A DNA stretch of 64,000 bases from Candidatus Alkanophaga volatiphilum (GTDB taxonomy: Archaea > Halobacteriota > Syntropharchaeia > Alkanophagales > B39-G2): NCBI GenBank assembly GCA_029259545.1, contig JAPHEE010000002.1, positions 5,601 to 69,600 on the forward strand, read 5' to 3'. Of the stretch, positions 7,894 to 17,894 are shown in pieces (positions within the stretch are counted from its first letter, which is position 1; every line of letters starts with the position of its first letter). The notes under the pieces were generated by a model. That model did no database searches, was not told where the DNA came from, and saw only the letters and a list, made by a program, of their open reading frames with translations. The translations under genes and the position numbers were made by a program.

Positions 7894-7895
7894 TA

Positions 7896-9362
7896 ATGAG
7901 GATGGAAACGAAATCGTTGTGCCCGGAATGTCTCAGCGTGATTCCGGCGGAAGTTTACGAAGAGGGCGGGAAAATTTTAATAAGGAAGAGGTGCGAGGAG
8001 CACGGCGAGTTCGAAGACATTTACTGGGCGGACGCCGAGCTTTACAAAAGGTTTTCTGCATTTGAGAGCGTAGGCAAGGGTTTTGCGACGAGGGCGGCGG
8101 AGCGTGGCTGCCCCTACGATTGCGGGCTCTGCCCCGCACACAAGACGACGACGCTCCTTGCGAACATCGACGTGACGAACCGCTGCAATCAACGATGTCC
8201 GACGTGCTTTGCGAATGCCGCCGCCTCCGGTCGCCTTTACGAGCCCTCGCAGGACGAAATTTGGAAGATGCTCGAGGTTTTGCGCTCTGAGGTGCCGCCG
8301 TGCCCCGCCGTGCAGTTTGCGGGCGGCGAGCCGACCGTCCGTAGCGACTTCGTGGAGCTCGTTAAGATGGCAAAGAAGCTCGGCTTCGCCCAGATACAAG
8401 TGGCGACGAACGGCATCATGCTTGCGAAAAGCGTGGAGTTCTGCGAGCGGCTTGTGCATGCTGGACTTCATACCGTCTACCTGCAGTTCGATGGCGTCAA
8501 GGAGGAAGCTTACGAGAAATTAAGAGGGCGGAGGGTGTTGAAAACTAAGTTAAAGGCGGTTGAAAACTGCAGAGCTGGCGGGATAAGGAGCGTAGTGCTC
8601 GTGCCGACGCTCGCAAGAGGAGTGAACGACGATCAGATCGGCGACATCATCAGATACGCCGTCGAGAACCTAGACGTGGTGCGGGGGGTGAACGTCCAGC
8701 CCGTGTCCTTCACGGGCAGAATTGATAAAAGCGAGCTCCGCAAGCTCAGGATTACGATCCCCGACTTCATAAAGCTCGTGGAGGAGCAGACCGATGGGCA
8801 GATCCCCAAAGAAAGCTTCTACCCCGTGCCCGCAGTCGTTCCGGTGTCGAGGTTTGTCGAGGCGTGGAAGGGCGAGCCGCAAGTAGCCTTCACGGTGCAC
8901 CCACACTGCGGCGCCGCTACTTACGTGTTCGTCGACGGTAAACGGCTTATCCCTATTACAGACTTTGTGGATGTCGAAGGTATTCTTGAGTTCTTGAAGG
9001 AAAAGGCGGAAGAGCTGGAGCGGGCGAGATTGCCGGCGCTTGCGAAGCTGAAAGTTGCGATAAGCGCAGCGAAGCAGATCAACAAGTTCATAGATGCCGA
9101 AAAGGCGCCGAGTGGTGCGGAATCCATGCGCAAAGTTATCGACATTCTGACAAGAGGTGACAGAGAGTCAACGGCGGAGTTCCACCGCCGTACGCTGTTC
9201 ATCGGTTGCATGCACTTCATGGATCCCTACAACTTCGATATCAAACGTGTGCAACGCTGTGGCATACATTACGTGACGCCTGACCTCCGCATCATTCCGT
9301 TCTGTACCTACAACACCTTGCATCGTCCTGAAGTCGAAGCGAAATTTAGCAGGACGTTGTAA
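7896..9362 (+). CDS. radical SAM enzyme of the MJ0619 / tetraether lipid synthase (Tes, GDGT-MAS) family
   Basis: N-terminal Zn ribbon CPEC...C. Also GCPYDCGLCPAHK, DVTNRCNQRCPTCFA (CxxxCxxC), QFAGGEPTVRSD, RITIPDFIKLVEEQTDG and a C-terminal CMHFMDPYNFD...RCGIHYVTPDLRIIPFCTYN. Confidence 0.75.
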   Translation: MRMETKSLCPECLSVIPAEVYEEGGKILIRKRCEEHGEFEDIYWADAELYKRFSAFESVGKGFATRAAERGCPYDCGLCPAHKTTTLLANIDVTNRCNQRCPTCFANAAASGRLYEPSQDEIWKMLEVLRSEVPPCPAVQFAGGEPTVRSDFVELVKMAKKLGFAQIQVATNGIMLAKSVEFCERLVHAGLHTVYLQFDGVKEEAYEKLRGRRVLKTKLKAVENCRAGGIRSVVLVPTLARGVNDDQIGDIIRYAVENLDVVRGVNVQPVSFTGRIDKSELRKLRITIPDFIKLVEEQTDGQIPKESFYPVPAVVPVSRFVEAWKGEPQVAFTVHPHCGAATYVFVDGKRLIPITDFVDVEGILEFLKEKAEELERARLPALAKLKVAISAAKQINKFIDAEKAPSGAESMRKVIDILTRGDRESTAEFHRRTLFIGCMHFMDPYNFDIKRVQRCGIHYVTPDLRIIPFCTYNTLHRPEVEAKFSRTL

Positions 9363-9956
9363 TAGTCCTTGATAGGTAGACGACGCGCTCGAACATGAGC
9401 CTCTCGTAACCTTTAGCACTCAAAAGCACGCATTGCCCCCGAACGCCTTTTCCTCGTATACCCACGCATATCTTCTGTTTTTGACAAGGCACATCATTTT
9501 CATCAAAAGGATGGTCTGCGCGCGCTTGTATCATCTCACAATTTGAAACGACGGCGTCGAACTGCTCATAGCTAACACCTCCTCCCTCGGCGAAGCTGCT
9601 CCAGAATGTTGGGGAGGTTGGCGTTGCAACGTCAGTCGACGCATAAATGACAGTGACATGACGCCGAAAGCGGACGTCTTTAGGCTCTTAAAGCTCCTCT
9701 CGGCTCCTCTCGTAGTTCCCTTAACCTCTCTTGCATCCGCACTGCAGTGGTCCTTATAATTTGTCAGAAGAAAATCAGTTCTACGTCCAACCCCAGCAGC
9801 TCCGTCACTTATAATCGGAGCATCAGTCCTTCTTCGCCCTTACTTTGCATCGAACTTGATTCCACCAAACCATACTTCCAACCTTACTCTTTCTCAAAAA
9901 GCGTAGATGACGGCACATTTATGCTTTTTCTCTTCGTTAGTCGTGCCGGTATCAAA

Positions 9957-10640
9957 TTAACTTCTGCTACAAACACGCCATTTCAGCAGAACGCCATCAT
10001 CGAGCCTCTCAACACTCAGAAGCTCTAACTTCAAAAAATTATCTACGAAGCCCTCGCCGTCCACGAGCGTCGGCGCATTCGCGCCGCCGATTATCATGTT
10101 GCCGACGAAGACGTACAGCTCGTCTACGAGGCGCTGCGAGAGAAGCGACCAGTTAAGCGTGGCGCCGCCTTCCACCATGAGGCGGCGGACACCGTAATCG
10201 TCGTACAGTATGCTGAGAAGTTTTCTCAAATCCACCTTGCTCTCGCCGCATATGACCACATCTGCCTTCTGCTCCAAAGCTTTGACACGCTCCATCGGCG
10301 CCCTTTTCGAGACCGCCACCAGCCGCCCCCCTACACCTTTATTCAAAATTTCTGCGTTCAGAGGCGTCCTCGCCCTGCTGTCCACGACGACTCTTATCGG
10401 ATTCTCATCCTTACCAGCTTTTCTACGTTCCGCTCGCAGTCGCTCGGACTTCACAGTCAGTGACGGGTCGTCAGCAAGGACGGTACCAATGCCGACGAGC
10501 ACGGCGTCGCTGCCCGCCCGCAGGGCGTCAACACGCTCAAGGTCGCGGGCGCCGCTTATCCTCACCTGACGCCGCTCCACCGTCGAGATTTTGCCGTCGG
10601 CGCTCATCGCCGCATTTATGAAGACGAACGGTCTTCCCAT
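9957..10640 (-). CDS. arfC: 2,5-diamino-6-ribosylamino-4(3H)-pyrimidinone 5'-phosphate reductase (RibD C-terminal type)
   Basis: FINAAMSADGKIS, GIGTVLADDPSLTV and LMVEGGATLNWS. The track ORF 9957..10895 is trimmed to MGRPFVF. Confidence 0.8.
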   Translation of the reverse strand: MGRPFVFINAAMSADGKISTVERRQVRISGARDLERVDALRAGSDAVLVGIGTVLADDPSLTVKSERLRAERRKAGKDENPIRVVVDSRARTPLNAEILNKGVGGRLVAVSKRAPMERVKALEQKADVVICGESKVDLRKLLSILYDDYGVRRLMVEGGATLNWSLLSQRLVDELYVFVGNMIIGGANAPTLVDGEGFVDNFLKLELLSVERLDDGVLLKWRVCSRS

Positions 10641-10719
10641 GAAAATGGGTGGGGCGGCGGCACTTAAAGACGCTCGTTCGAAAAAGTAATATGAGGGCTT
10701 AAGGGAACAACACAAGGGC

Positions 10720-11823
10720 ATGAACGGTTGCGGCGTCAGCGTGATCATCCCCGTATACAGAGGCTCCGAGCTTCTCGACGACCTTTTACGCAGCCTGATG
10801 GAGCAGAGCGTGCGGGCAGCGGAGGTCATCGTCGTTGCCGACGAACCCACCGAGGAGACGTTAAACACCGTGCGAAAATACCCTGTGAAACTCATCGTGA
10901 ACGAAAACAGGCGTGGGAAGGCTCATGCTTTGAACGCCGGCGCAAGAGAGGCGAGAGGCGACATTTTGGTGTTCCTTGATGCTGATACTAAGATAGAAAG
11001 GGATTTCTTGGAAAACGTCGTAGAAGAGATGAAAAGCAGCCCCATATTGGATGTCAAGAAGAAGATTTTGTGCAGCGGGCTGCTTTCGAGACTTGTAAAC
11101 ATTGATTATTTCAACATGTACATCTCGTCGTTCTTCTCAACAAGATTTGGCACATGCATGGGTCTAAATGGCGCATGCATCGCGGTGAGGAGAGAATACT
11201 TCTTCAAGCTCGGAGGTTTTAGGCGGACGATCACCGAAGATGTCGATTTCGGCATCCGAGCAGCAATGGGCAAAGTGCGGGTGAAGACTTCAAAAAAAGC
11301 TTGCGTTCTCACCCAGTCGCCACAAAGCTGGCGTGCATGGTACAAGCAGCGAGAAAGATGGGCGCTCGGCGGCTCTTTATGCATACTTGAGTACTTCAAT
11401 TACATAGTAGGGAAGCCCAAGGTCTGGACTCCCATCCTAATAATGCACTATCCCGCCATGATACACTTCTTCGCATCTGCGGTGATTCCTGACGCCTTGG
11501 CGTGCAAACTGCTCTCTTTTATCATTCTGACGCTCTTCCTGCTGAAGCTCCCAGCGCTGGCACTCCCTGTGATTTTCATCCTTTCTTTTGGACTCATCGT
11601 ATTGAAAGGCCTGCTCGCCGCACTGATAACGTTCTCGGTGTGGGCGTGCGCAACCGCTTTAGGCTTCAGGATCACAAAATGGGGCGATGTTAAACCCTAC
11701 GACTTCTTGGTATACTACTTCATATACTCGCCTCTTTGGCTCTTTATAAGCATCAAGAGCTTTGCCAAGGCGAGCGTGGCAATGCTTGGTAAAGAAATAA
11801 AAGTGAAAGATTGGAAGGTGTAA
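10720..11823 (+). CDS. family 2 glycosyltransferase with C-terminal TM helices
   Basis: VSVIIPVYRGSELL, VFLDADT and a QRERW-type motif. Confidence 0.75.
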   Translation: MNGCGVSVIIPVYRGSELLDDLLRSLMEQSVRAAEVIVVADEPTEETLNTVRKYPVKLIVNENRRGKAHALNAGAREARGDILVFLDADTKIERDFLENVVEEMKSSPILDVKKKILCSGLLSRLVNIDYFNMYISSFFSTRFGTCMGLNGACIAVRREYFFKLGGFRRTITEDVDFGIRAAMGKVRVKTSKKACVLTQSPQSWRAWYKQRERWALGGSLCILEYFNYIVGKPKVWTPILIMHYPAMIHFFASAVIPDALACKLLSFIILTLFLLKLPALALPVIFILSFGLIVLKGLLAALITFSVWACATALGFRITKWGDVKPYDFLVYYFIYSPLWLFISIKSFAKASVAMLGKEIKVKDWKV

Positions 11824-11872
11824 TTTGCTTTCAGCAGAAGGCAGTCGAGTTGGCAACCTAGCAGGTGAGCAT

Positions 11873-12151
11873 ATGAGGGTGAAAGTGAGAGTATTTGCAA
11901 TGTTCAGGGAGATGATAGGGGCGAAAGAGGTGACGCTGGAACTCGACGGCAGCAGTAGTGTTAGAGATGTTTTAGAGAGGCTTTGCGAGATTTATGGCAT
12001 TTATGATAAACTTTTTGATGTGGACGGTAACTTGAAGGAGTACGTTCACGTTTTGAAGAATGGAAGGCACATCAACTTCATAGGGGGGCTCGCTGCAGAG
12101 GTGCAAGACGGCGATGAGATTGCTATTTTTCCGCCCGCCGCCGGCGGCTGA
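11873..12151 (+). CDS. MoaD/ThiS-family ubiquitin-like small protein (ends in GG)
   Basis: MRVKVRVFAMFRE...DGDEIAIFPPAAGG. Trimmed to ATG 11873. Confidence 0.75.
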   Translation: MRVKVRVFAMFREMIGAKEVTLELDGSSSVRDVLERLCEIYGIYDKLFDVDGNLKEYVHVLKNGRHINFIGGLAAEVQDGDEIAIFPPAAGG

Positions 12152-12164
12152 ATGAGGTGGTGGA

Positions 12165-13556
12165 ATGAGGCTAGTGATGAAGTTTGGAGGCGTTGCGGTT
12201 GCAGATGGGCAGCGCATGAAAAGAGTGGGCGAGCTCGTCCGCCGCTTCAAGGACGAGACGCATGAAATAGTGGTCGTGACCTCGGCGCTTTCAGGCGTCA
12301 CGGACTCGTTACTCCGAAATGCAGAGCGTATCGCCACAGAAACGAAAACGGAACTCGTCGAGGAATTCATAGAAGAACTGAGAAGGAGGCATGAAAGGGC
12401 AGCGGAGGAGGCTATCAACGACAAGAATGTGCTAAATGGCGTTATTTACGAGCTTGAGAGGCGATTGGGCGACTTAGAAAAGGCACTGACTGGCATATGC
12501 CTGCTAGGGGAGTTAACGAGGCGTTCTCTCGACTATATTGCGTCCTTCGGAGAGCGTCTCTCCGCCCCGATACTCTCGGGGGTATTGGAGTCATTAGGAA
12601 TAAGCTCCGTGCATCTCACCGGCGGCGAGGCTGGAATCATCACAAACGACGACTTCGGAAACGCTCAGCCGGTGGACGGCGTCGAAACCATAATTGCGGA
12701 ACGCATCCTCCCGCTCCTCAGAGAGAATAAAGTGCCGGTCGTCGCAGGCTACATCGGCGAGACGAAGGACGGCATCGTCACGACGCTCGGCAGGGGCGGC
12801 TCCGACTACACCGCCACGATAATCGGCGCTGCGATAAAAGCCGACGAGATCTGGCTCTGGAAGGACACCGAGGGCATAATGACCGCCGATCCCAAGATCG
12901 TGCCGAACGCCCGCAAGATTCCGACGTTGTCCTATGTGGAAGCCATGGAACTATCGTACTTCGGAGCCTCGATACTCCACCCAAGGGCGATGTTGCCGGT
13001 GATTCGTAACGAAATTCCGGTACGCGTCAAAAATCTTTGTAATCCAGAAGATGAAGGCACGCTCATCTGGAAGGAGCCCGAACGTGATCGCGTCGTGAAG
13101 GCGATCACGCTGATAAAAGACGCTGCCATCATAAACGTTGCGGGCACGGGGATAACGAGCATTTCCGATGTCGCCGCCCGCGTTTTTTCAAGTCTTGCAG
13201 CTAAGAACGTCAACATTATAATGGTATCGCAAGGGAGCTCCGAAAGGACTATTTCCATAGTCGTCGATGGTTCTCAGCTCAGAGAGGCGCTCGATGCGCT
13301 CCGCGAGATAGATGGAAACGTCATAAGAGACTTTTACTTTAACCCCGACGTTTGCGTCGTCGGCGTCGTCGGGGCGGGCATGGCGGGAACGCCCGGCGTC
13401 GCCGGTCGTGTATTCTCGGCGCTCGGCGAGCGGGGCATCAGTATCATCATGATCGCACAGGGCAGCTCTGAATACAACATTTCGTTCGTAGTAAGGAAGG
13501 ACGACGCATACGAAGCCGTGAGAGCGATTCACGAAGCCTTCGGGCTTGCGGGATGA
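12165..13556 (+). CDS. aspartate kinase
   Basis: VMKFGGVAV, TLGRGGSDYTA and two C-terminal ACT-like repeats. Confidence 0.85.
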   Translation: MRLVMKFGGVAVADGQRMKRVGELVRRFKDETHEIVVVTSALSGVTDSLLRNAERIATETKTELVEEFIEELRRRHERAAEEAINDKNVLNGVIYELERRLGDLEKALTGICLLGELTRRSLDYIASFGERLSAPILSGVLESLGISSVHLTGGEAGIITNDDFGNAQPVDGVETIIAERILPLLRENKVPVVAGYIGETKDGIVTTLGRGGSDYTATIIGAAIKADEIWLWKDTEGIMTADPKIVPNARKIPTLSYVEAMELSYFGASILHPRAMLPVIRNEIPVRVKNLCNPEDEGTLIWKEPERDRVVKAITLIKDAAIINVAGTGITSISDVAARVFSSLAAKNVNIIMVSQGSSERTISIVVDGSQLREALDALREIDGNVIRDFYFNPDVCVVGVVGAGMAGTPGVAGRVFSALGERGISIIMIAQGSSEYNISFVVRKDDAYEAVRAIHEAFGLAG

Positions 13557-14215
13557 GAGTCGTAGGCGTCGACGAGGCGGGACGTGGCCCCGTAATAGGT
13601 TCGATGTTCGTCGCTGGCGTTGTGTACACGGCGGCGCTCGAACGACTGGGGATAAAGGATTCCAAGAAACTGAGTGCCAAGAGGCGGGAAACGCTGGCTA
13701 GGGAAATAGAAAAGCTCACAGAGGTGTACGTTGTGGAAGTGTCGCCGACAGAGATAGACGAGCTGCGTCGCCGCATGACGATGAACGACATTGCGGTGCT
13801 CTATTTTTCGGCGGTTTTAAGGCATTTGCGTCCGGATGTTGCGTTCGTAGACGCCGCCGACGTGAACCCAAAACGCTTTGCGGAACGGCTGCGGGAACGC
13901 CTCAATCCAAGAGTTACAATAATCGCAGAGCACGGCGCCGACGAGAAATACGTGGTGGTAGGCGCCGCCTCCATTATAGCAAAAGTCCGACGGGATGCCT
14001 CCATAAGAGAGCTTGAGAAAAAGATAGGAGAACGGATAGGAAGTGGGTATCCAGCAGACCCACTTACGAGAGAATTTTTAAAAAAAGTAGTTTTGAAAGA
14101 GTTCTTAGAGAAAAAAAAGCTGCCATCGTACGTTAGAGCTTCGTGGAGAACGGTTAAAGAGCTCCTCAGAAGCGAAGGAGATACGAACGGCGGTACGGGA
14201 GAAGGGTATATATAA
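13553..14215 (+). CDS. rnhB: ribonuclease HII
   Basis: GVDEAGRGPVIGSM, DSKKLS and ASIIAKV. Confidence 0.85.
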   Translation: MRVVGVDEAGRGPVIGSMFVAGVVYTAALERLGIKDSKKLSAKRRETLAREIEKLTEVYVVEVSPTEIDELRRRMTMNDIAVLYFSAVLRHLRPDVAFVDAADVNPKRFAERLRERLNPRVTIIAEHGADEKYVVVGAASIIAKVRRDASIRELEKKIGERIGSGYPADPLTREFLKKVVLKEFLEKKKLPSYVRASWRTVKELLRSEGDTNGGTGEGYI

Positions 14216-14249
14216 AACTTAGCGTAATATAAAGGTAACGGAGGTGTGA

Positions 14250-15272
14250 ATGCAGCCCATGGTGGAGGAAAAACAGGATGTGGACGTAGAAGAGAAAGAT
14301 TTCGAAAGGTTTGAAGGTGAAGAGGACTCAGAAGATATTGAGGAGACCACCGTTATCGAGAGATCCAAAGAAAGACTATATAGGGAGATAAAGGAATGTC
14401 CTGAGTGTCATAGCAGGGACCTCGTCCTAGACCCGGAGCGTGCCGAGCTTTACTGCAACGAGTGCGGGCTGGTCATCGAGGAGGACATCGTGGACCTCGG
14501 TCCGGAATGGCGGGCATTCGACTTCGAGCAAGTTTCGAAACGGGCTCGTGTCGGAGCGCCGATGACGTACCGGATACATGACAAAGGACTTTCGACGCTG
14601 ATAGACTGGAGTGCCACTGAGGGCAAGGCGATTTCCAGCGAGCAGCACCGCCTCAAGAAGTGGCAGCAGCGCATGCACGTCACGAACACCAGCGAGCGTA
14701 GCTTCGTGTTTGCCCTTTCGGAGATGGACAGGATGGCATCAGCTCTTGGACTCCCAACGAACATCAGGGAAACCGCTGCAATGCTTTACAGGAAGGCTAT
14801 GAAGAAAGGCTTAATACGGGGGCGGAGCATCGAGGGCATAACCACAGCAATCCTCTATATAGCGTGCAGGCTGCACGGCGTGCCGAGAACGCTCGATGAG
14901 ATGGCGGAGGTCTCAAGGGTCTCGCAGAAGGAGATCAGCCGCTCTTACAGGTTCTTGTCGAGGGAGCTCGACCTGAAGCTGCAGCCGACCTCGCCGATCG
15001 ACTTCGTGCCCCGCTTCTGCTCGAAGCTCGGGCTCGACGGCGAGGTCGAGGCGAAAGCCATCGAGATCATAAAGGAGGCGCAGGAGAAAGAGCTGACGAA
15101 CGGACGAGGCCCGATAGGGATCGCCGCCGCGGCGATATACATAGCGGCGATCCTCTGCGGCAAGCATAAGACGCAGAAGGAGGTCTCTGAGGTCACAGGG
15201 GTCACCGAAGTGACGATTCGCAACCGTTACAAAGAGCTAGCCGAAGAACTGGATATTGAGGTCATTCTCTAA
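14250..15272 (+). CDS. tfb: transcription initiation factor IIB
   Basis: Zn ribbon CPECHS...CNECG, B-finger region and two cyclin-fold repeats. Acidic N-terminal extension. Confidence 0.9.
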   Translation: MQPMVEEKQDVDVEEKDFERFEGEEDSEDIEETTVIERSKERLYREIKECPECHSRDLVLDPERAELYCNECGLVIEEDIVDLGPEWRAFDFEQVSKRARVGAPMTYRIHDKGLSTLIDWSATEGKAISSEQHRLKKWQQRMHVTNTSERSFVFALSEMDRMASALGLPTNIRETAAMLYRKAMKKGLIRGRSIEGITTAILYIACRLHGVPRTLDEMAEVSRVSQKEISRSYRFLSRELDLKLQPTSPIDFVPRFCSKLGLDGEVEAKAIEIIKEAQEKELTNGRGPIGIAAAAIYIAAILCGKHKTQKEVSEVTGVTEVTIRNRYKELAEELDIEVIL

Positions 15273-15280
15273 GGTGCATC

Positions 15281-15293
15281 TTTGTTTTTTGTT
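15281..15293 (+). terminator. oligo-T tract downstream of tfb
   Basis: TTTGTTTTTTGTT lies 9 nt after the tfb stop. Archaeal terminators are oligo-T runs. Confidence 0.35.
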
Positions 15294-15362
15294 GACGTTT
15301 TATTAAGCCGCGATGGTAAGGTATTAATTCTTTTATGGGAATCCCCATGTGGAGGCATTGGG

Positions 15363-15761
15363 ATGGCGGCAACTGCTCGCTTTTGGAGAGAGCTGAGTCA
15401 TAGGTACAACTTAGTTGGGACGCACTGCCGGAAGTGCGATTCTTACTTCTTCCCACCGAGAGACGTATGTCCAAAGTGCAGGCGTGGCGGCGACGTCGAA
15501 GAATACAAATTCAAGGGTGTTGGGGAGATTGTGACGTTCACCGTAGTGCATCAAGGGAAGAAGGATCTCAACCGCCGGCTGCCTTACGTGCTTGCGATCG
15601 TCAAATTAGAGGAAGGGCCTTGTCTACTTGCCGAGGTCATGTGCGATCCTGAGGAGATTCGTGTCGGCATGAGGGTGAGGGCGGCGTTCAGGAAGATTGG
15701 CGAGGACGGCGAGCGCGGCATCATATATTACGGTACGAAGTTCGTTCCTGCGTTGACCTGA
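15363..15761 (+). CDS. Zn-ribbon / OB-fold protein (DUF35 family)
   Basis: CRKC...CPKC ribbon followed by an OB-like segment. Trimmed to MAATARF. Confidence 0.7.
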   Translation: MAATARFWRELSHRYNLVGTHCRKCDSYFFPPRDVCPKCRRGGDVEEYKFKGVGEIVTFTVVHQGKKDLNRRLPYVLAIVKLEEGPCLLAEVMCDPEEIRVGMRVRAAFRKIGEDGERGIIYYGTKFVPALT

Positions 15762-15811
15762 GACAGCGGCGTGCAGATTGCTTTTATATTATCCCGGTCA
15801 AAAGAAGAATC

Positions 15812-16084
15812 ATGCGAGTGGAAGTGACCTCGTTGTATGGGCTCGATGTATACACCGACACGGGTATATACGTGGGTAAAGTGAAGGACGTCGCCATAGA
15901 CGTCAAGGAGAGAAAGATCGCAGGCCTCGCTGTTGAAGACGTGAACAAAGACTTGTTTTCTGTTGAAGCTAAGGGTGTCATAATCCCACACCGGTGGATT
16001 CTGGCCATCGGCGACATAATACTCATAAAACACGTTGAGAGGTTAAGGCGGAGGAGGAAGGAGGAAGAAGAAAGAGCGAAATGA
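15812..16084 (+). CDS. PRC-barrel domain protein
   Basis: LYGLDVYTDTGIYVGKVKDVAIDVKERKIAGLAV pattern with a basic/acidic tail. Confidence 0.6.
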   Translation: MRVEVTSLYGLDVYTDTGIYVGKVKDVAIDVKERKIAGLAVEDVNKDLFSVEAKGVIIPHRWILAIGDIILIKHVERLRRRRKEEEERAK

Positions 16085-16806
16085 AGGAGCGGGAGGTATA
16101 TGCAGAGATAAGGGCGCCGTTACCGCTTATTATAAGGATTGATGGGAGAAACTTTCAGAGGTTTTTAGAGGAAAAAGGTTTTCAGAAGCCGTATGACAGG
16201 CGGTTTGCAGAAGCGATGGCGAATGCCACCGAACTTTTTTTTAAAAGAAGTGGTTTCCACCCAGAACTCGCTTATATTTTTTCTGACGAGGTGAGCTTTT
16301 TCTTTAGGGAGGTGCCTTTCAACAGCAGGATCGAAAAGTTGGATTCCGTAGTTGCAAGCTTCTTTGCGAGCGCCTTAACAATAATCTTGGGGGCGGACGA
16401 GCCTTTGAGCTTCGACGCCCGTGTCATACCAATCTGCGAGCACGAGCTTGTCGAATATCTTGCGTGGCGGCAGGCGGAGGCTTGGCGCAACCACGTTAAC
16501 TCCTACGGCTATTACACGTTACGCAGAGAAGGATTGAGTGGCGAGGAAGCTCAGAAGAGACTTAAAGGCATGAAGGCGTCGGAGATTCATGAGATGCTCT
16601 TCTCAAAAGGTATAAACGTAGCGGAGACGCCAGCCTGGCAGCGTCGTGGCATACTCGTCGCCTGGGAAAGGTATGAAAAAGAGGGGACTGACGCTAGAAG
16701 TGGTAAGCGCACAAAAGCTGTCCGCAAAAGAGTAGTTCAGCTCTGGAACCTGCCCATCTTCAAAAGCGAGGAGGGGCGGGCGCTACTGAAGAGGATTTTA
16801 GAATAG
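16081..16806 (+). CDS. tRNA(His) guanylyltransferase-like protein (Thg1/TLP)
   Basis: IRIDGRNFQRF, YIFSDEVSFFF and WRQAEAWRN. Confidence 0.75.
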   Translation: MKEREVYAEIRAPLPLIIRIDGRNFQRFLEEKGFQKPYDRRFAEAMANATELFFKRSGFHPELAYIFSDEVSFFFREVPFNSRIEKLDSVVASFFASALTIILGADEPLSFDARVIPICEHELVEYLAWRQAEAWRNHVNSYGYYTLRREGLSGEEAQKRLKGMKASEIHEMLFSKGINVAETPAWQRRGILVAWERYEKEGTDARSGKRTKAVRKRVVQLWNLPIFKSEEGRALLKRILE

Positions 16807-16809
16807 TCG

Positions 16810-17856
16810 TCAAACCTTCCTGAGCACGTTCACGTATCTCGTCAAGCTTTTATGCACGTAACACTCGTGCGTTTCCAGAAGCTCGAAGCCGTCATGCGGC
16901 ACGTCTTTGAAGTTTGAAAGGACTATGACAAAATGATTTTTCTTTAAAACCCTGTGCATTTCGGAGATGGCGTCCTCATAAAGCCTCTCCAGAGGGCGGC
17001 GCATGTGGGTGGACCTGCCGTATGGTGGGTCGGTGGCGATGGCGTCGATGCTTTCGTCCCGTAGACAGAGGGCGGTGGCGTCGCACGCTGCAAACTCGCC
17101 CTTCAAGCCATAAAACTTTAGATTCTCAGCGGCGCCCTGCACCGCTCGCTTTAAGATGTCACAGCCAAAGACCTCGGCGCCGACGAGCGCCGCTTCTATC
17201 AGAATCCCACCGGTCCCGCAGAACGGGTCGAGGAAGCGTCCGCCGCTCCGCACCCTGCTCAGATTCACAAGCGCTCGTGCGAACTTCGGCAGAAGGACGC
17301 CAGGCATGAAAAAGGGGCGTGCCTGCGGCGCCCTTTGCAAGAACTGTTTCTTATCCATGTTTTGAAGGACGCCGCCGAGCACGCAGACATCCTTCGTGAT
17401 GAGCACGCATATTGTGCGATCTGGGTTTTTAAGACGCACACTGAATCCCCACCGCTTTACCTCAGCTCCAAGCCGTCTTTCGAGCGTCATTGAATCTATT
17501 TTCACAGGCAGCAGCCCACGCTTCCGCACACGCACCGCAAAGCCGCGGCAGACCTCCTCATTACCCAAAAACTCGCGGATTTCGTCTTCGGCATCGCAGA
17601 GGGCATTCAGTACAGCTTCTTCGGAGGGCTCGCAGAGCGCAAAAACCCTAAGTACCCGGTGCGTCATCGCCAGCCGCTCTCTTAAAAACTTTAACAATGC
17701 TTCCAGCGACTTCTCGTTTAGTACTTCCACGATCAGGAGAACACCCTTTTTAAAAACTACTTCCTTATAGCTTGTTCCGGACATATCCAAGCATGCGAGA
17801 GTCTCAGCTTTCGGCAGCGTTTCGTATTCGCCTGAAAGTTCGAAAGCGAGCTGCAT
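16810..17856 (-). CDS. THUMP-domain tRNA (guanine-N2)-methyltransferase (Trm11 / Trm-G10 type)
   Basis: LDPFCGTGGILIEAA and ATDPPYGRS, preceded by a THUMP-like N-terminal half. Confidence 0.75.
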   Translation of the reverse strand: MQLAFELSGEYETLPKAETLACLDMSGTSYKEVVFKKGVLLIVEVLNEKSLEALLKFLRERLAMTHRVLRVFALCEPSEEAVLNALCDAEDEIREFLGNEEVCRGFAVRVRKRGLLPVKIDSMTLERRLGAEVKRWGFSVRLKNPDRTICVLITKDVCVLGGVLQNMDKKQFLQRAPQARPFFMPGVLLPKFARALVNLSRVRSGGRFLDPFCGTGGILIEAALVGAEVFGCDILKRAVQGAAENLKFYGLKGEFAACDATALCLRDESIDAIATDPPYGRSTHMRRPLERLYEDAISEMHRVLKKNHFVIVLSNFKDVPHDGFELLETHECYVHKSLTRYVNVLRKV

Positions 17857-17894
17857 CCAAATATTTTTAAACTTAAGGGTAAAAATCCATAATC

